Positions 10,899 to 19,908 of a stretch of DNA of 64,000 nucleotides are shown one piece after another. Within the stretch, counting starts at the first letter, position 1. Every line of letters begins with the position of its first letter. Source of the DNA: Spirochaetota bacterium (GTDB lineage Bacteria; Spirochaetota; UBA12135; COTS27); NCBI GenBank assembly GCA_965249715.1, contig CBDFMP010000037.1:711-64710 (forward strand), in the 5' to 3' direction. The notes beneath the pieces were generated by a model, which saw nothing but the letters and a program-made list of their open reading frames with translations, did not search any database and was not told the DNA's origin. Position numbers and translations under genes: made by a program.

Positions 10899-12491
10899 CT
10901 ACTCACCAAGGGCGGGATGACTCAGTGCATTTATATTATAAAGTTTATTGAGTTCACCTGTAAGATATTGATAATTTAGAAGATTGCTTTCGTAGCTGAA
11001 TTTACTATTCAGGTAAGCCGTGCGCGCACGAAAAAGCTCGCGTTTAACGGCTACATTGATCTCAAAGTCAACACGTCCATCTTTGTAATCTTTACTGACT
11101 GCGGCATAACGTTTACGCGTAAGCTCAAGGATCTCGCGGCTGCTTGTCAGGAGTTGCCGACTTTCACTGAGTGCAATGAGATTATTTTGCAATTCCTGAA
11201 GAATATTCAGCTGCAGCTCCTGCAGCTGACTTTCCAGTTGCTTGACACTAAGCGCGGCTGTTTGGGTTTGTGCTTTGTACCATTTGCTGTCTGTGTAGGC
11301 GCTGAACTCTAGCCCCACTGTCACGTTGTAATGATTGATGTCACTGGGAGCAATGTTGTTGTAGCTAGCTGTAAACGTATCACCGGAGCCTATGAGGGTG
11401 GCGGAAAGCGAGAGGTCTAAGCTGGGCAGGCGTGCAAGCCTAGCAACGGTTAATTCATTTTGTGCGCTTATAAGACTGGTTTGCAATGCTTGATAATCTT
11501 CGCGCGCAGCCAATGCTGCAGGAAGCAAAACCTCTGCCGCAGTCTTCCTGTGCTGCAATGGAAGGGTTTCTGTGAAGACAAGTGTAGCGGCAGCGGCATT
11601 TGTCTTTGGTTTCATGCCCATATAAACAAACAAAGCTGTTCGCAACTGTGCCAAAGTGTTTTTTGTGCTGGTAAGTGTGCGTTTGGTTTCCTGCGTTAAA
11701 ATCTCAGATGACAGCAGATCACGTTCATTAAGGGTGCCCAGGCGTGATTTGCGTCTGTTGAAGCGAAATAGTTCAGTTACGTCTTTCAGATCTCTTTCAT
11801 AAAGTGTAATAAGAGCTTGCGTATTCATGTAACGATGATAAGTGATGAGCGCACTAAGCAGGGTAGCGGCTACTTCCAGTTTATAGCGGGCATCCTCTGC
11901 GCGTGCGGTGTAGAGCAGTGTGTCTAAGACTTTGCTGTTGTAGCCTTTGATGAAACCGCCATTGAGCAGTTTTTGTGAGATTGTAATACTGGGGATGCCG
12001 ACGCTCCAGATGGTGTTAGTACTAGTGGTGGTGGCTGTGAGACTGGCGAGGGAGACAGTTTCATTGACTTGATTATTCATGCCAATGCTTAGTGTGGTGC
12101 CGCTGATGAAATTGGTATTCCAGCTCAGGTTAAAACTGCTTAGCTGACCGCCAATGTCCCCGCTGATGAGTGGATTATATTGATAATCACCGCTGATGAG
12201 GCTTGGATAGCTGCTGGCACGCTGTTGTTCATAGGCAGCGTACGTGATGGAAGAATTTTGCCGCGCGGCCTGCAATTGTAAATTATTAGCAATCACTGCC
12301 TGACTGAAGCTTTTAAGATTTAGCTTAAGTGTTTCTGCTGCGGCAAGTGGTGTTTCACTGACAAATGCCAACAATATTAACAATATTAGCAATGGGTACA
12401 GCCTTATGCTCTGCCGGTAATATTTGAGCAGACGTTTAAACAATATGGCAAGTGAAAATTGATGTGGCAATGCCAGTAGCGTATAAGACAT
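10899..12491 (-). CDS. outer-membrane efflux factor (TolC/OprM family)
   Basis: 530 aa with a signal-like N-terminus (LLILLILLAFVSETPLAAAE). Family-typical segments: SFSQAVIANNLQLQAARQN near the N-terminus and LPSLDLSLSATL at the second repeat. Lies immediately upstream of two RND genes on the same strand. Confidence 0.75.
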   Translation of the reverse strand: MSYTLLALPHQFSLAILFKRLLKYYRQSIRLYPLLILLILLAFVSETPLAAAETLKLNLKSFSQAVIANNLQLQAARQNSSITYAAYEQQRASSYPSLISGDYQYNPLISGDIGGQLSSFNLSWNTNFISGTTLSIGMNNQVNETVSLASLTATTTSTNTIWSVGIPSITISQKLLNGGFIKGYNSKVLDTLLYTARAEDARYKLEVAATLLSALITYHRYMNTQALITLYERDLKDVTELFRFNRRKSRLGTLNERDLLSSEILTQETKRTLTSTKNTLAQLRTALFVYMGMKPKTNAAAATLVFTETLPLQHRKTAAEVLLPAALAAREDYQALQTSLISAQNELTVARLARLPSLDLSLSATLIGSGDTFTASYNNIAPSDINHYNVTVGLEFSAYTDSKWYKAQTQTAALSVKQLESQLQELQLNILQELQNNLIALSESRQLLTSSREILELTRKRYAAVSKDYKDGRVDFEINVAVKRELFRARTAYLNSKFSYESNLLNYQYLTGELNKLYNINALSHPALGE

Positions 12492-12822
12492 TATTTTTAG
12501 TGGATATAAAAAAGCTTAATGATTATTTAGAATGGAGTGGGGGGATGTTTGGGCATTCCACTTTGCCCATAATCTTTACTAACCTTTTACATCAGTAGAG
12601 TCAAGAATTTTCCCCAATTATAAGGGTTAATGATGATCGTTTTAATGCTGCAAAAAAAAGCAACTGGAGTCAGCTTATTATAAAAATTATGACTCTTAAT
12701 GTTAAAATTGATAGTGGAAAATGTTAAGTGCCAATTTTGCTTGTTAAGCAGCAAATGCTGTTGTGGTCTTAATGGTGGTAACGAACATTTAGTTGTTAAT
12801 TATAATATATTGTTAGTTATAA

Positions 12823-13617
12823 GTGGTAAGTGGTGTATGTTTTGTGAGACGCAAGCTTAAAACTTTACGACAGCTCGCACTTACCGGGGATCCTGGAAGT
12901 GGAAAAAGTGCAGTAGGGAAAGCTTTATCCAAGGCCTTGGGTATTCCTTATTATTCTGTGGGTGCTATTCAACGCGAAATGGCAGCGGCGCGCGGGATGA
13001 ATACATTGGAATTTAATCGTTTTGCTGAGGGCGATTTTAATATTGATCAGCAAGTTGACAGTTTTTCACGGGAATTGATGCGTAAATCAACAGATTTTGT
13101 CTTAGATGCACGCATGGGATGGTTTTTTATCCCTAGTGCTTATAAAGTTTATTTATCCGTGCAAAATAACATAGCGGGCAAGCGTACTTATGCTGATCGT
13201 AAACGCAATAATGAGCTATATGCTTCAATTGAAGAGGCAGCAAAGGCATTGAAACTGCGTCAACAATCTGAGCAAGCGCGCTTTCACAACATTTATGATG
13301 TGGAGCTTACGGCATTGGCACAGTACGATTTGTGGATTGATACTTCTTATGTATCGCCAATGGAAGTATTGCGTGTGATCAAGCAGGAACAGTTCAAACG
13401 CTCCGTAAGTTCAGCGCGCACACTTACACTTGCGGTACCACTATTTTTGCAGGCATCATTGGCAGACCACCATGTATTAAAGCGGATTAGGAAGGTCAAT
13501 CATGTGCACGCGCTTTATAAACAATTTAGCGGCTTATATGCTGCCCATGCTGTTGCTGCAGCGGATGTGCCTGTGAAGCTTTCCACTGTGGAAGTACCTT
13601 TGACAGCTGATGAGTAG
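12823..13617 (+). CDS. P-loop NTPase, cytidylate-kinase-like family protein
   Basis: Walker A LTGDPGSGKSAVGKAL, followed by a layout like small nucleotide/cytidylate-kinase-like proteins, plus a ~80-aa C-terminal extension. The start could be GTG 12823 or GTG 12844. Confidence 0.55.
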   Translation: MVSGVCFVRRKLKTLRQLALTGDPGSGKSAVGKALSKALGIPYYSVGAIQREMAAARGMNTLEFNRFAEGDFNIDQQVDSFSRELMRKSTDFVLDARMGWFFIPSAYKVYLSVQNNIAGKRTYADRKRNNELYASIEEAAKALKLRQQSEQARFHNIYDVELTALAQYDLWIDTSYVSPMEVLRVIKQEQFKRSVSSARTLTLAVPLFLQASLADHHVLKRIRKVNHVHALYKQFSGLYAAHAVAAADVPVKLSTVEVPLTADE

Positions 13618-13686
13618 GCAATGCTGTAATGTTGGCTTGCTGAGCTGAAATTCTTGCTGTAAGTGTATTAGGCAAGCGGATTTAGC

Positions 13687-13715
13687 TTGCATGAAATGGT
13701 GCAAGATAGTATAAT
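13687..13715 (+). promoter_or_regulatory. sigma-70-type promoter candidate upstream of speH
   Basis: TTGCAT (13687-13692), exactly 17 nt of spacer, then TATAAT (13710-13715). Lies ~100 nt upstream of the speH ATG. Confidence 0.5.
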
Positions 13716-13817
13716 ATAAACTTGTTAATCATCGATTCCTAAGTGCTAAGCGACTGTTGTGGGGAAATGTACGCCCTAATGTGCGGGGGGCTTAGCAGGT
13801 GACAAGAGGGCACGATC

Positions 13818-14294
13818 ATGCACGTTCAAGATTCACAATATACCATGCCAGCTGAACCAGGGCGACACGCTGCTTCAGCACGGATAGCGGAAACTGCAGC
13901 CACTGCTGCGCGCGCACGTAAGACACTTTTTGGACAGCATATTATGTTGGACTTGCGTTTCTGTTCACAGCAGCGGCTTGGTGATTTGGAACGATGTTTT
14001 GCCATTCTGGACACTTTGCCCACTAAGATAGGCATGAAGAAACTGGCACCGCCTTATGTATTTCATTATAAGGCAACAGCTCCAAATGAAAGCGGGATTA
14101 CTGGTGTGACGATCATTGCTGAAAGTCATATCACCTTACACACATTTCCGCATAAGGGTTATGCTTTCGCCGATGTTTTTTCTTGTAAGCCGTTTCACTC
14201 AGCCCCTGTGGTGACGTTATTCAAGGAGGCCTTGGACTGTAAGGAATGCCATGTCTTCACGCAAGAGCGCGGGCGTCATTTTGTTAGCTCTTGA
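13818..14294 (+). CDS. speH: S-adenosylmethionine decarboxylase proenzyme, small (class 1B, SpeH-type)
   Basis: FGQHIMLDLRFC and the self-cleavage/active-site context TIIAESHITLHTFP...YAFADVFSC match the SpeH family. Shine-Dalgarno AGAGGG lies 7 nt before the ATG. Carries a ~38-aa N-terminal extension relative to typical members. Confidence 0.8.
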   Translation: MHVQDSQYTMPAEPGRHAASARIAETAATAARARKTLFGQHIMLDLRFCSQQRLGDLERCFAILDTLPTKIGMKKLAPPYVFHYKATAPNESGITGVTIIAESHITLHTFPHKGYAFADVFSCKPFHSAPVVTLFKEALDCKECHVFTQERGRHFVSS

Positions 14295-14302
14295 ACGCTT
14301 GT

Positions 14303-15925
14303 TTATTCACCCACTTGTGATGCTTTGCGTGCGAAACTGGGAGGGATATTCATGCGTTGGCGGTACTTGGTGACGGTGCGGCGCGCCAGTTTGTAGCCGC
14401 GTAAGCTGAGCATTTCCATCAGTTGCTGGTCGCTGAGTTTTTTGTCAGGGTAGGCCGCTATCAATTCTTTGAGCAGTACTTGAATTTTATGTACGGAAAC
14501 AGGCGCTGTTTTTGCAGTGGGGTTCTCTTTGTTCAGGTTATTTTGGACTTGGATTTTTGTGGCAGAAAAGAGCTTGCGCAGGGATAGCAGCCCCCAGGAA
14601 GTGGCAAGATATTTCTGTGTCACCAAACGACTTGCTGTACCAATGTCCATTTTTAACTCTCGTGCCAGTTCGGAAAGCGAATATGGACGCAGGCTTGCAA
14701 AACCTTCGCGAAAAAAGGCTTCTTGAACATTCATGAGCTGGCGTAGGATTTTTTCCAAGTTGCTGGCGCGGTAGTTCAGATTTTCTAAAAATTCTTCCGC
14801 ACGTTGTTGATACCTTTGCAGGTTTGTCCTGAATAGGTTGTCTGAAATGGCTGTAGCGTGTTTTGTAGGCTGCGCTGTACGCTGTTTTGAATAATACTCT
14901 TGATAAACGGGATTGATGCGCAGCCGTTTATGGGGATAATCATTCATGCTGAGTTCTAAGTGACCGTTGTTGTAAAAAATGGCGGCATCGGCTTCACTGT
15001 AGGCATTGACAGGTTCTTGGGAAAGGCTGTAATTGCGCGCGGGTCTGGGCTCCAGCTGGGTTATTTGTTTGAGTGCTGCTGCTATTTTTGTTTGCGAGAC
15101 GCCTAAGTGCTTAGCCAGAGGTTCCAGTCTGTGTGTGCGGATGTGTTTGAAGGCTTTTGTGACTATGCGCATGGCTAGTTGCAACTCCGCTGCTAACGCA
15201 GTATTGGCGGGAGCGCGCGGTGCAGAAGACGCGGTCACTTCTGCAAGCAGCTGTTGCAGCTGAATAAACAAAGCTTCTTGAAGATTAGCCGCAGCAATGC
15301 CCGGCGGCATGAATTGCTTAAGTGTTGCCGCCACCTGAGCCACCCTAACAGCATCGTTGCCTGCATCCGCTTGGACGCTGAGAATGGCAGCAGGCGAGAG
15401 AAACCCGTCTGTGTCAATAAGCGAGCAGAGAATTTCTCCCAGCTTGAATTGCGGGGAGCCGCGTTCATAGACCAATGCTAACTGCAGGAGCAGCTCATCG
15501 CTGAGGGTGGTTTTTGTGCTGGCTGTTTCTTCAATAATGCTTGCAAGCGGTTTTCCATGGCGGGCACCCTGGGGGTGTGGGGGTTCATCGGGAGGCAGGA
15601 AGTTGTCCTGATTGCGATTGCCTGCCGCTGAGCTAATATCATTGTTATCACTGTCAGCTGAGGCGTCAGCAGCAGCAGTAGCAGCAGCTTCCAGTTCATT
15701 CTCAATGCTGAGTGGGATTTCTGTAGGAGGAGGTTCCAGTTCTTCAAGAACGGGGTTTTCGGCAAGCTCCTCAGCCACCTTTTCCCTGAGTGCCGGGAGC
15801 GGCAGTGCCATGAGCTTGAGACCTGTCAATATTTTTGTTTGCAGAACTAGCTTCTGTTCACCTTTGAGTGCGAGTGTGCCGCGTTGGGAAAGCTTGGCAC
15901 GATGATGTGTGGAGGTCGGGCTCAT
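14303..15925 (-). CDS. rpoN: RNA polymerase sigma-54 factor
   Basis: 540 aa. C-terminal RpoN box ARRTVTKYRQRMNIP. Acidic, low-complexity linker after a Leu/Gln-rich N-terminal region. Confidence 0.9.
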   Translation of the reverse strand: MSPTSTHHRAKLSQRGTLALKGEQKLVLQTKILTGLKLMALPLPALREKVAEELAENPVLEELEPPPTEIPLSIENELEAAATAAADASADSDNNDISSAAGNRNQDNFLPPDEPPHPQGARHGKPLASIIEETASTKTTLSDELLLQLALVYERGSPQFKLGEILCSLIDTDGFLSPAAILSVQADAGNDAVRVAQVAATLKQFMPPGIAAANLQEALFIQLQQLLAEVTASSAPRAPANTALAAELQLAMRIVTKAFKHIRTHRLEPLAKHLGVSQTKIAAALKQITQLEPRPARNYSLSQEPVNAYSEADAAIFYNNGHLELSMNDYPHKRLRINPVYQEYYSKQRTAQPTKHATAISDNLFRTNLQRYQQRAEEFLENLNYRASNLEKILRQLMNVQEAFFREGFASLRPYSLSELARELKMDIGTASRLVTQKYLATSWGLLSLRKLFSATKIQVQNNLNKENPTAKTAPVSVHKIQVLLKELIAAYPDKKLSDQQLMEMLSLRGYKLARRTVTKYRQRMNIPPSFARKASQVGE

Positions 15926-16282
15926 TGTCAGCAGTGATGGTGAAAACGAATTACACAGTTGCCTAATTCATACTTGCCTAATTATAACCTTTTATAGGGT
16001 GGTGTTTTGTATAATTTTTACATTTGATATTTGGACTGTTTATTCATCGGCATACATGGGATGTATCAGCTTTGGCAAGTTTAGCTGAGTGGAGTAAAGT
16101 GTCCAGCGGCATTCAGCCTAATGGGAATGGGCTCAGCCAATGCGCCAATGAATTCACCGGCTGATGATGGATGCAGGAAGCTCAGCTAGTGAAGCAGCTT
16201 ATTGGTTTGGCGACAGTATTTTTCCAGCGTAGCGCTTAATTATTGCCAGCAGTGCGGCGACGGGTATTAACGGCTGAGCTTG

Positions 16283-16702
16283 TCAGCACCAGTTATTGAG
16301 TCTTTCTCTTAGCGCAGGCAGCCAAGGCTGCGACGTTATCTCGCCTGTTTCGTGTTTTGTAATAAAAACAAGAATAAACGTGCCTTCAATGACTAGCTGC
16401 TGCTTTTGATTGCTAAAACTGAACTTGCAATGCAGGGAGTTGTTGCCAATTTTAGCAATAACAAGAGACTTAGTCAGAAAGTCGCCCATTTGCGCAGGCG
16501 CGCGGAAATCCACATTTAAATTGACAATGGGGACTCCATGTTTGGGATGCATTTCATGAAATGAAAAACGAACTTCTGTTTCAAAAAAATCTTCCACTAG
16601 GTCGTTCAACATGACCAAGTACTTGGGGTAGAAAACAATGCCAGCCTGGTCGCAATGTTGAAAGCGAACTTTTTGCTGTTTAATAAAACACTTTTCTTTC
16701 AT
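16283..16702 (-). CDS. hot-dog-fold acyl-CoA thioesterase (4HBT/YbgC type)
   Basis: 139 aa. N-terminal signature VRFQHCDQAGIVFYPKYL. Last gene of the minus-strand catabolic operon. Confidence 0.7.
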   Translation of the reverse strand: MKEKCFIKQQKVRFQHCDQAGIVFYPKYLVMLNDLVEDFFETEVRFSFHEMHPKHGVPIVNLNVDFRAPAQMGDFLTKSLVIAKIGNNSLHCKFSFSNQKQQLVIEGTFILVFITKHETGEITSQPWLPALRERLNNWC

Positions 16703-16764
16703 CGGCTTAATAAATGAATATAATGATTTTGCAAACGGGAGCTTGAAACGACTACTGAGACGAC

Positions 16765-18345
16765 TTATTTCTTTTTAAGGCGATTGGCAATATGCACTCC
16801 CGCTGCTCCGCCAAGCCCTGGTCCTGGATGTGTGGAAGCGCCATTGTGGTAAAGGTTTTTAATGGGTGTCTGATGATTGACGGCGGATTTGAATGGACGC
16901 CAAAATAAGTATTGGTCCATATCGCATGCTCCACTGTAAGGATCGCCATGTCTTAGATTGATATTCAGCTGGCTGAGCTCTTTGGGAGAAATAATTTCTT
17001 TGTACACCACCGCAGATTTGATATTGCTGATGTAAGGCTCTATTCTGTCAAGTATTCTATTGGCGTAAGCTGTTTTTAGTTCATCGTTCCATTCCTGTTG
17101 GCACAATGCGTTCAATTTGTTTGCAGCGTCGCCCTTAGGATAATTAGGGCATTCTGGCAATTGAATCCACAATATATGTTTTCCCTTAGCGGCGCGGCTG
17201 GGGTCTAAACTGCTGGGTTGGGCAATGCAGATGGTTGCTTTTTGCGGCAAAAGCTGCCTTTTGGCTTCACCCACAGCTTGTGATACGTCGTCGATGCCGT
17301 TAGACAAATGGACATAAACAATGTTTTTTAGTTGTTCATCGTACCAGGCGGGAGGTTCATTGAGGATAAGGTGTATTTGCATATTGCCCATACCGTATTG
17401 GTAGTTTTCAGCTTCAACTAAGCGTTCCTGAGGCAAATGTTGTTTGTCTTTAAGCAATTTAAGATAAAGCTGTGTTGGATTGACACTGGCGACGACATTT
17501 TTGGCTTCGTAGGTTTCACCATTTTTTAACCGTACGCCTTTAACTGCGCCATTGTTATGGATTAAAATTTCATCAACATGCGCGTGGAGCTTGCATTCTC
17601 CATGCCCCCTTTCAATAATACTTTTAAAGGCTTCTACTATTTTATAACTTCCTCCTTTGACCATAGGGAGCCCGACCATTTCTACTGTCATGGCGACAAT
17701 TTTTGCCATAACAGCTGAGAACGTACTGTCCGGTGATAAACCGGTATGCAAGATCCATGGTGCAAACAAGGCTTGTACTTCAGCGGATTTAAAATGTTTG
17801 GGCAGATCATTGCGCGCACTGGAGAGGTATTGACCGATGTTGTTTAAAATCCCTTTGATTTTATGTTTAAAAAAATATTTAACAAAGAATTTGGCAACTT
17901 TTTTGCTGCGGAGTTCTTCGCCAAGGAGCAGAAAAAACAGCTCTGCATGTTGTCCAACCCATTGCATTTGCTCAGCGAACCTGTCGCCGTCTCCTGCGTG
18001 TTTTTGATTAAACGCTAAGCTGTTCTTTTCCCGATCCGTGGATAAAACAACATATTTTTTGTTTTCCAATACACTGGCAGTCGGGGTATTGTTTGCGACA
18101 AATTCCACACCAAAATGTGTCAAATCCTCTTTGAGTGCAGCATAGGCAGGAGAGGTCACAAACAGCGGGTAAGCTGTTGAAAGTGTGTCAATGGTACAAC
18201 CTTCGACGTGGTGGCTTCGTATACATCCGCCAAGGAAAGCACTGCTCTCCAATAACAAAACTTTTTTGCCTGCTTTTGCCAGCAATGAAGCACAGACTAA
18301 GTTATTGATGCCGCCGCCTACCAGGATAGTGTGAATATTTTTCAT
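16765..18345 (-). CDS. FAD/NAD(P)-dependent oxidoreductase, phytoene-desaturase (CrtI)/amine-oxidase-like
   Basis: 526 aa. Dinucleotide-binding N-terminus ILVGGGINNLVCASLLAKAGKKVLLLE. Substrate not inferable. Confidence 0.65.
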   Translation of the reverse strand: MKNIHTILVGGGINNLVCASLLAKAGKKVLLLESSAFLGGCIRSHHVEGCTIDTLSTAYPLFVTSPAYAALKEDLTHFGVEFVANNTPTASVLENKKYVVLSTDREKNSLAFNQKHAGDGDRFAEQMQWVGQHAELFFLLLGEELRSKKVAKFFVKYFFKHKIKGILNNIGQYLSSARNDLPKHFKSAEVQALFAPWILHTGLSPDSTFSAVMAKIVAMTVEMVGLPMVKGGSYKIVEAFKSIIERGHGECKLHAHVDEILIHNNGAVKGVRLKNGETYEAKNVVASVNPTQLYLKLLKDKQHLPQERLVEAENYQYGMGNMQIHLILNEPPAWYDEQLKNIVYVHLSNGIDDVSQAVGEAKRQLLPQKATICIAQPSSLDPSRAAKGKHILWIQLPECPNYPKGDAANKLNALCQQEWNDELKTAYANRILDRIEPYISNIKSAVVYKEIISPKELSQLNINLRHGDPYSGACDMDQYLFWRPFKSAVNHQTPIKNLYHNGASTHPGPGLGGAAGVHIANRLKKK

Positions 18346-18363
18346 AATATTTTTTGACCCTAA

Positions 18364-19908
18364 TTAAAGTTCTTGTATTTTGTTTTTCAATGCCTTGGTT
18401 TGATGGTTTTGTAAAGCAAAAGCGATTAAAAAATCTATTGTTTGGGCAATGTTTTTTTGCTTTTTATTTTTTAGTGCATAAACATTGATGAGGTGAAATT
18501 TGCTTTCACCGCGTTCGGAAGTACTGCCATAACCCTTTTTCAGGCGATAAGTTTTTGTTATTTGTACTGCCAGCTGATAATTAACTTTCATGGCTTCCGT
18601 TATGTTGGCCAACCACTCAGTCATCAGCTGCATTTCTTTAAAATGCCGTAATGTTTTCAAGCGCCAGCTTTTCATTCCGCCCATTATGTAAAGCAATGTG
18701 AAACCTAGGATCCCGGTGCTTTTCATTCTCCTATCGCGATCGAAGTATTTGGTAAAGCTTTTTTCCATAGTTTTGTTGGCTGCCGCGCGTTGTCCCAATT
18801 TTGCAGGTAAAAAACCGCAAAACTCCTTAAATGAGGGATGCAAATAATCAGTGGTTGTGACGAGGTCATTTTCTTTGGCATTGACTTGTGCATACATTTC
18901 TACAAACCTCTCGCGGCGCGTTTTCATGTCTGCCACATAGACCAAGTCATCGTAGCTCATGGCAATCGCTAAATAACGGGCAAGCTGTTCACTGAGTTGA
19001 AACTGCTGTTTGGGATGTTTTTTTTCCCGTTCCAAAAAAACAGTTAATTTTTTCAAGTACTCTTTTGCCCAATTAATATTTTGCCAATCAGCCAAATGTT
19101 TGGCACCGCAGTACACAATATCATGAAGTTCCAACGGGAAGCGGACTTTTATATCCTGAATAAGCAAGTTCCACTTTTTATGTTTGGAGTACTTGGGAAT
19201 ACTTTTTAGCTCTGCCTGCTTGAGTTCCGATTGAAATGGTTTGGGTTGATGTTTGAAAGTTTTAATGTATTCAAAGGCTTCTTCAAATGCTGCCAAATTG
19301 GCAGGCACTGTAATGCCGCTTTTTTTTATGACTTTTATGAATGATGCTTTTTTAAACGGCAAGGTTTCACTGGCGGCTAAGGCGCCCAAGAGTGTAGCGG
19401 AAATAACACTGTTGTTTTTGTCAGCAATGAATTTGAAATTTCCGTACAAACATGTTTTGGCATGTTTGTTAACCATTTTCAGAATTTTTTCTGAATTAAC
19501 AATGCCATCTCCAGGTTTTTCTTTTTCTTTGATGGCAAGGTTTCTATGTGAAGAGAATATGGCAGTTGTCTTTTTTGAAATAAACTCTCTGGCCAAGGCG
19601 CGTCCTGCTTCCATTAATTCAGTGGCAAGCAACACGTCCACATCTGCTGGTGCGGGCATCTGCGCTAAGACTGGGGTCATTAATTTTTTATTGACGGTTA
19701 TTTCAGCTAAGGGTATCAACTCCATATAATAGACTGTCGCCCCGGTTCTTTGCGCAACGCCAGCTATGGATGTGGCTTGACACCAGTAGCCATTTGTTTC
19801 TGCTAACGCAGTGACCCAGTTAGTGAGTACACTGCCGCCATCGCCGCCGACCGCTAACAAGGCAACTTTATACGGTTGAGCAGCAATCAACTGCACTCGT
19901 TTTGTCAT
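18364..19908 (-). CDS. iorB: indolepyruvate/aryl-2-oxoacid:ferredoxin oxidoreductase, beta subunit family
   Basis: 514 aa. N-terminal POR-gamma-type domain (LLAVGGDGGSVLTNW...GVAQRTGATVYY). Its ATG overlaps the iorA stop as ATGA (19905-19908). Confidence 0.7.
   Translation of the reverse strand: MTKRVQLIAAQPYKVALLAVGGDGGSVLTNWVTALAETNGYWCQATSIAGVAQRTGATVYYMELIPLAEITVNKKLMTPVLAQMPAPADVDVLLATELMEAGRALAREFISKKTTAIFSSHRNLAIKEKEKPGDGIVNSEKILKMVNKHAKTCLYGNFKFIADKNNSVISATLLGALAASETLPFKKASFIKVIKKSGITVPANLAAFEEAFEYIKTFKHQPKPFQSELKQAELKSIPKYSKHKKWNLLIQDIKVRFPLELHDIVYCGAKHLADWQNINWAKEYLKKLTVFLEREKKHPKQQFQLSEQLARYLAIAMSYDDLVYVADMKTRRERFVEMYAQVNAKENDLVTTTDYLHPSFKEFCGFLPAKLGQRAAANKTMEKSFTKYFDRDRRMKSTGILGFTLLYIMGGMKSWRLKTLRHFKEMQLMTEWLANITEAMKVNYQLAVQITKTYRLKKGYGSTSERGESKFHLINVYALKNKKQKNIAQTIDFLIAFALQNHQTKALKNKIQEL

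Noticed and set aside
12550-12566. Sigma-54-like element tgggcattccactttgc upstream of the kinase-like gene (rpoN is encoded nearby).
   Set aside because: GG-to-GC spacing is one nt longer than the -24/-12 consensus (TGGCAC-N5-TTGC). It lies ~260 nt from the start codon. No enhancer-binding-protein gene is nearby.
15926-16282. Searched the flanks of the 17-kb catabolic cluster (15926-16282 and 33595-33650) for direct repeats or mobile-element remnants.
   Set aside because: By eye I found no shared 10-mer or longer and no integrase or transposase fragments. The island hypothesis therefore rests only on broken synteny and rough composition.
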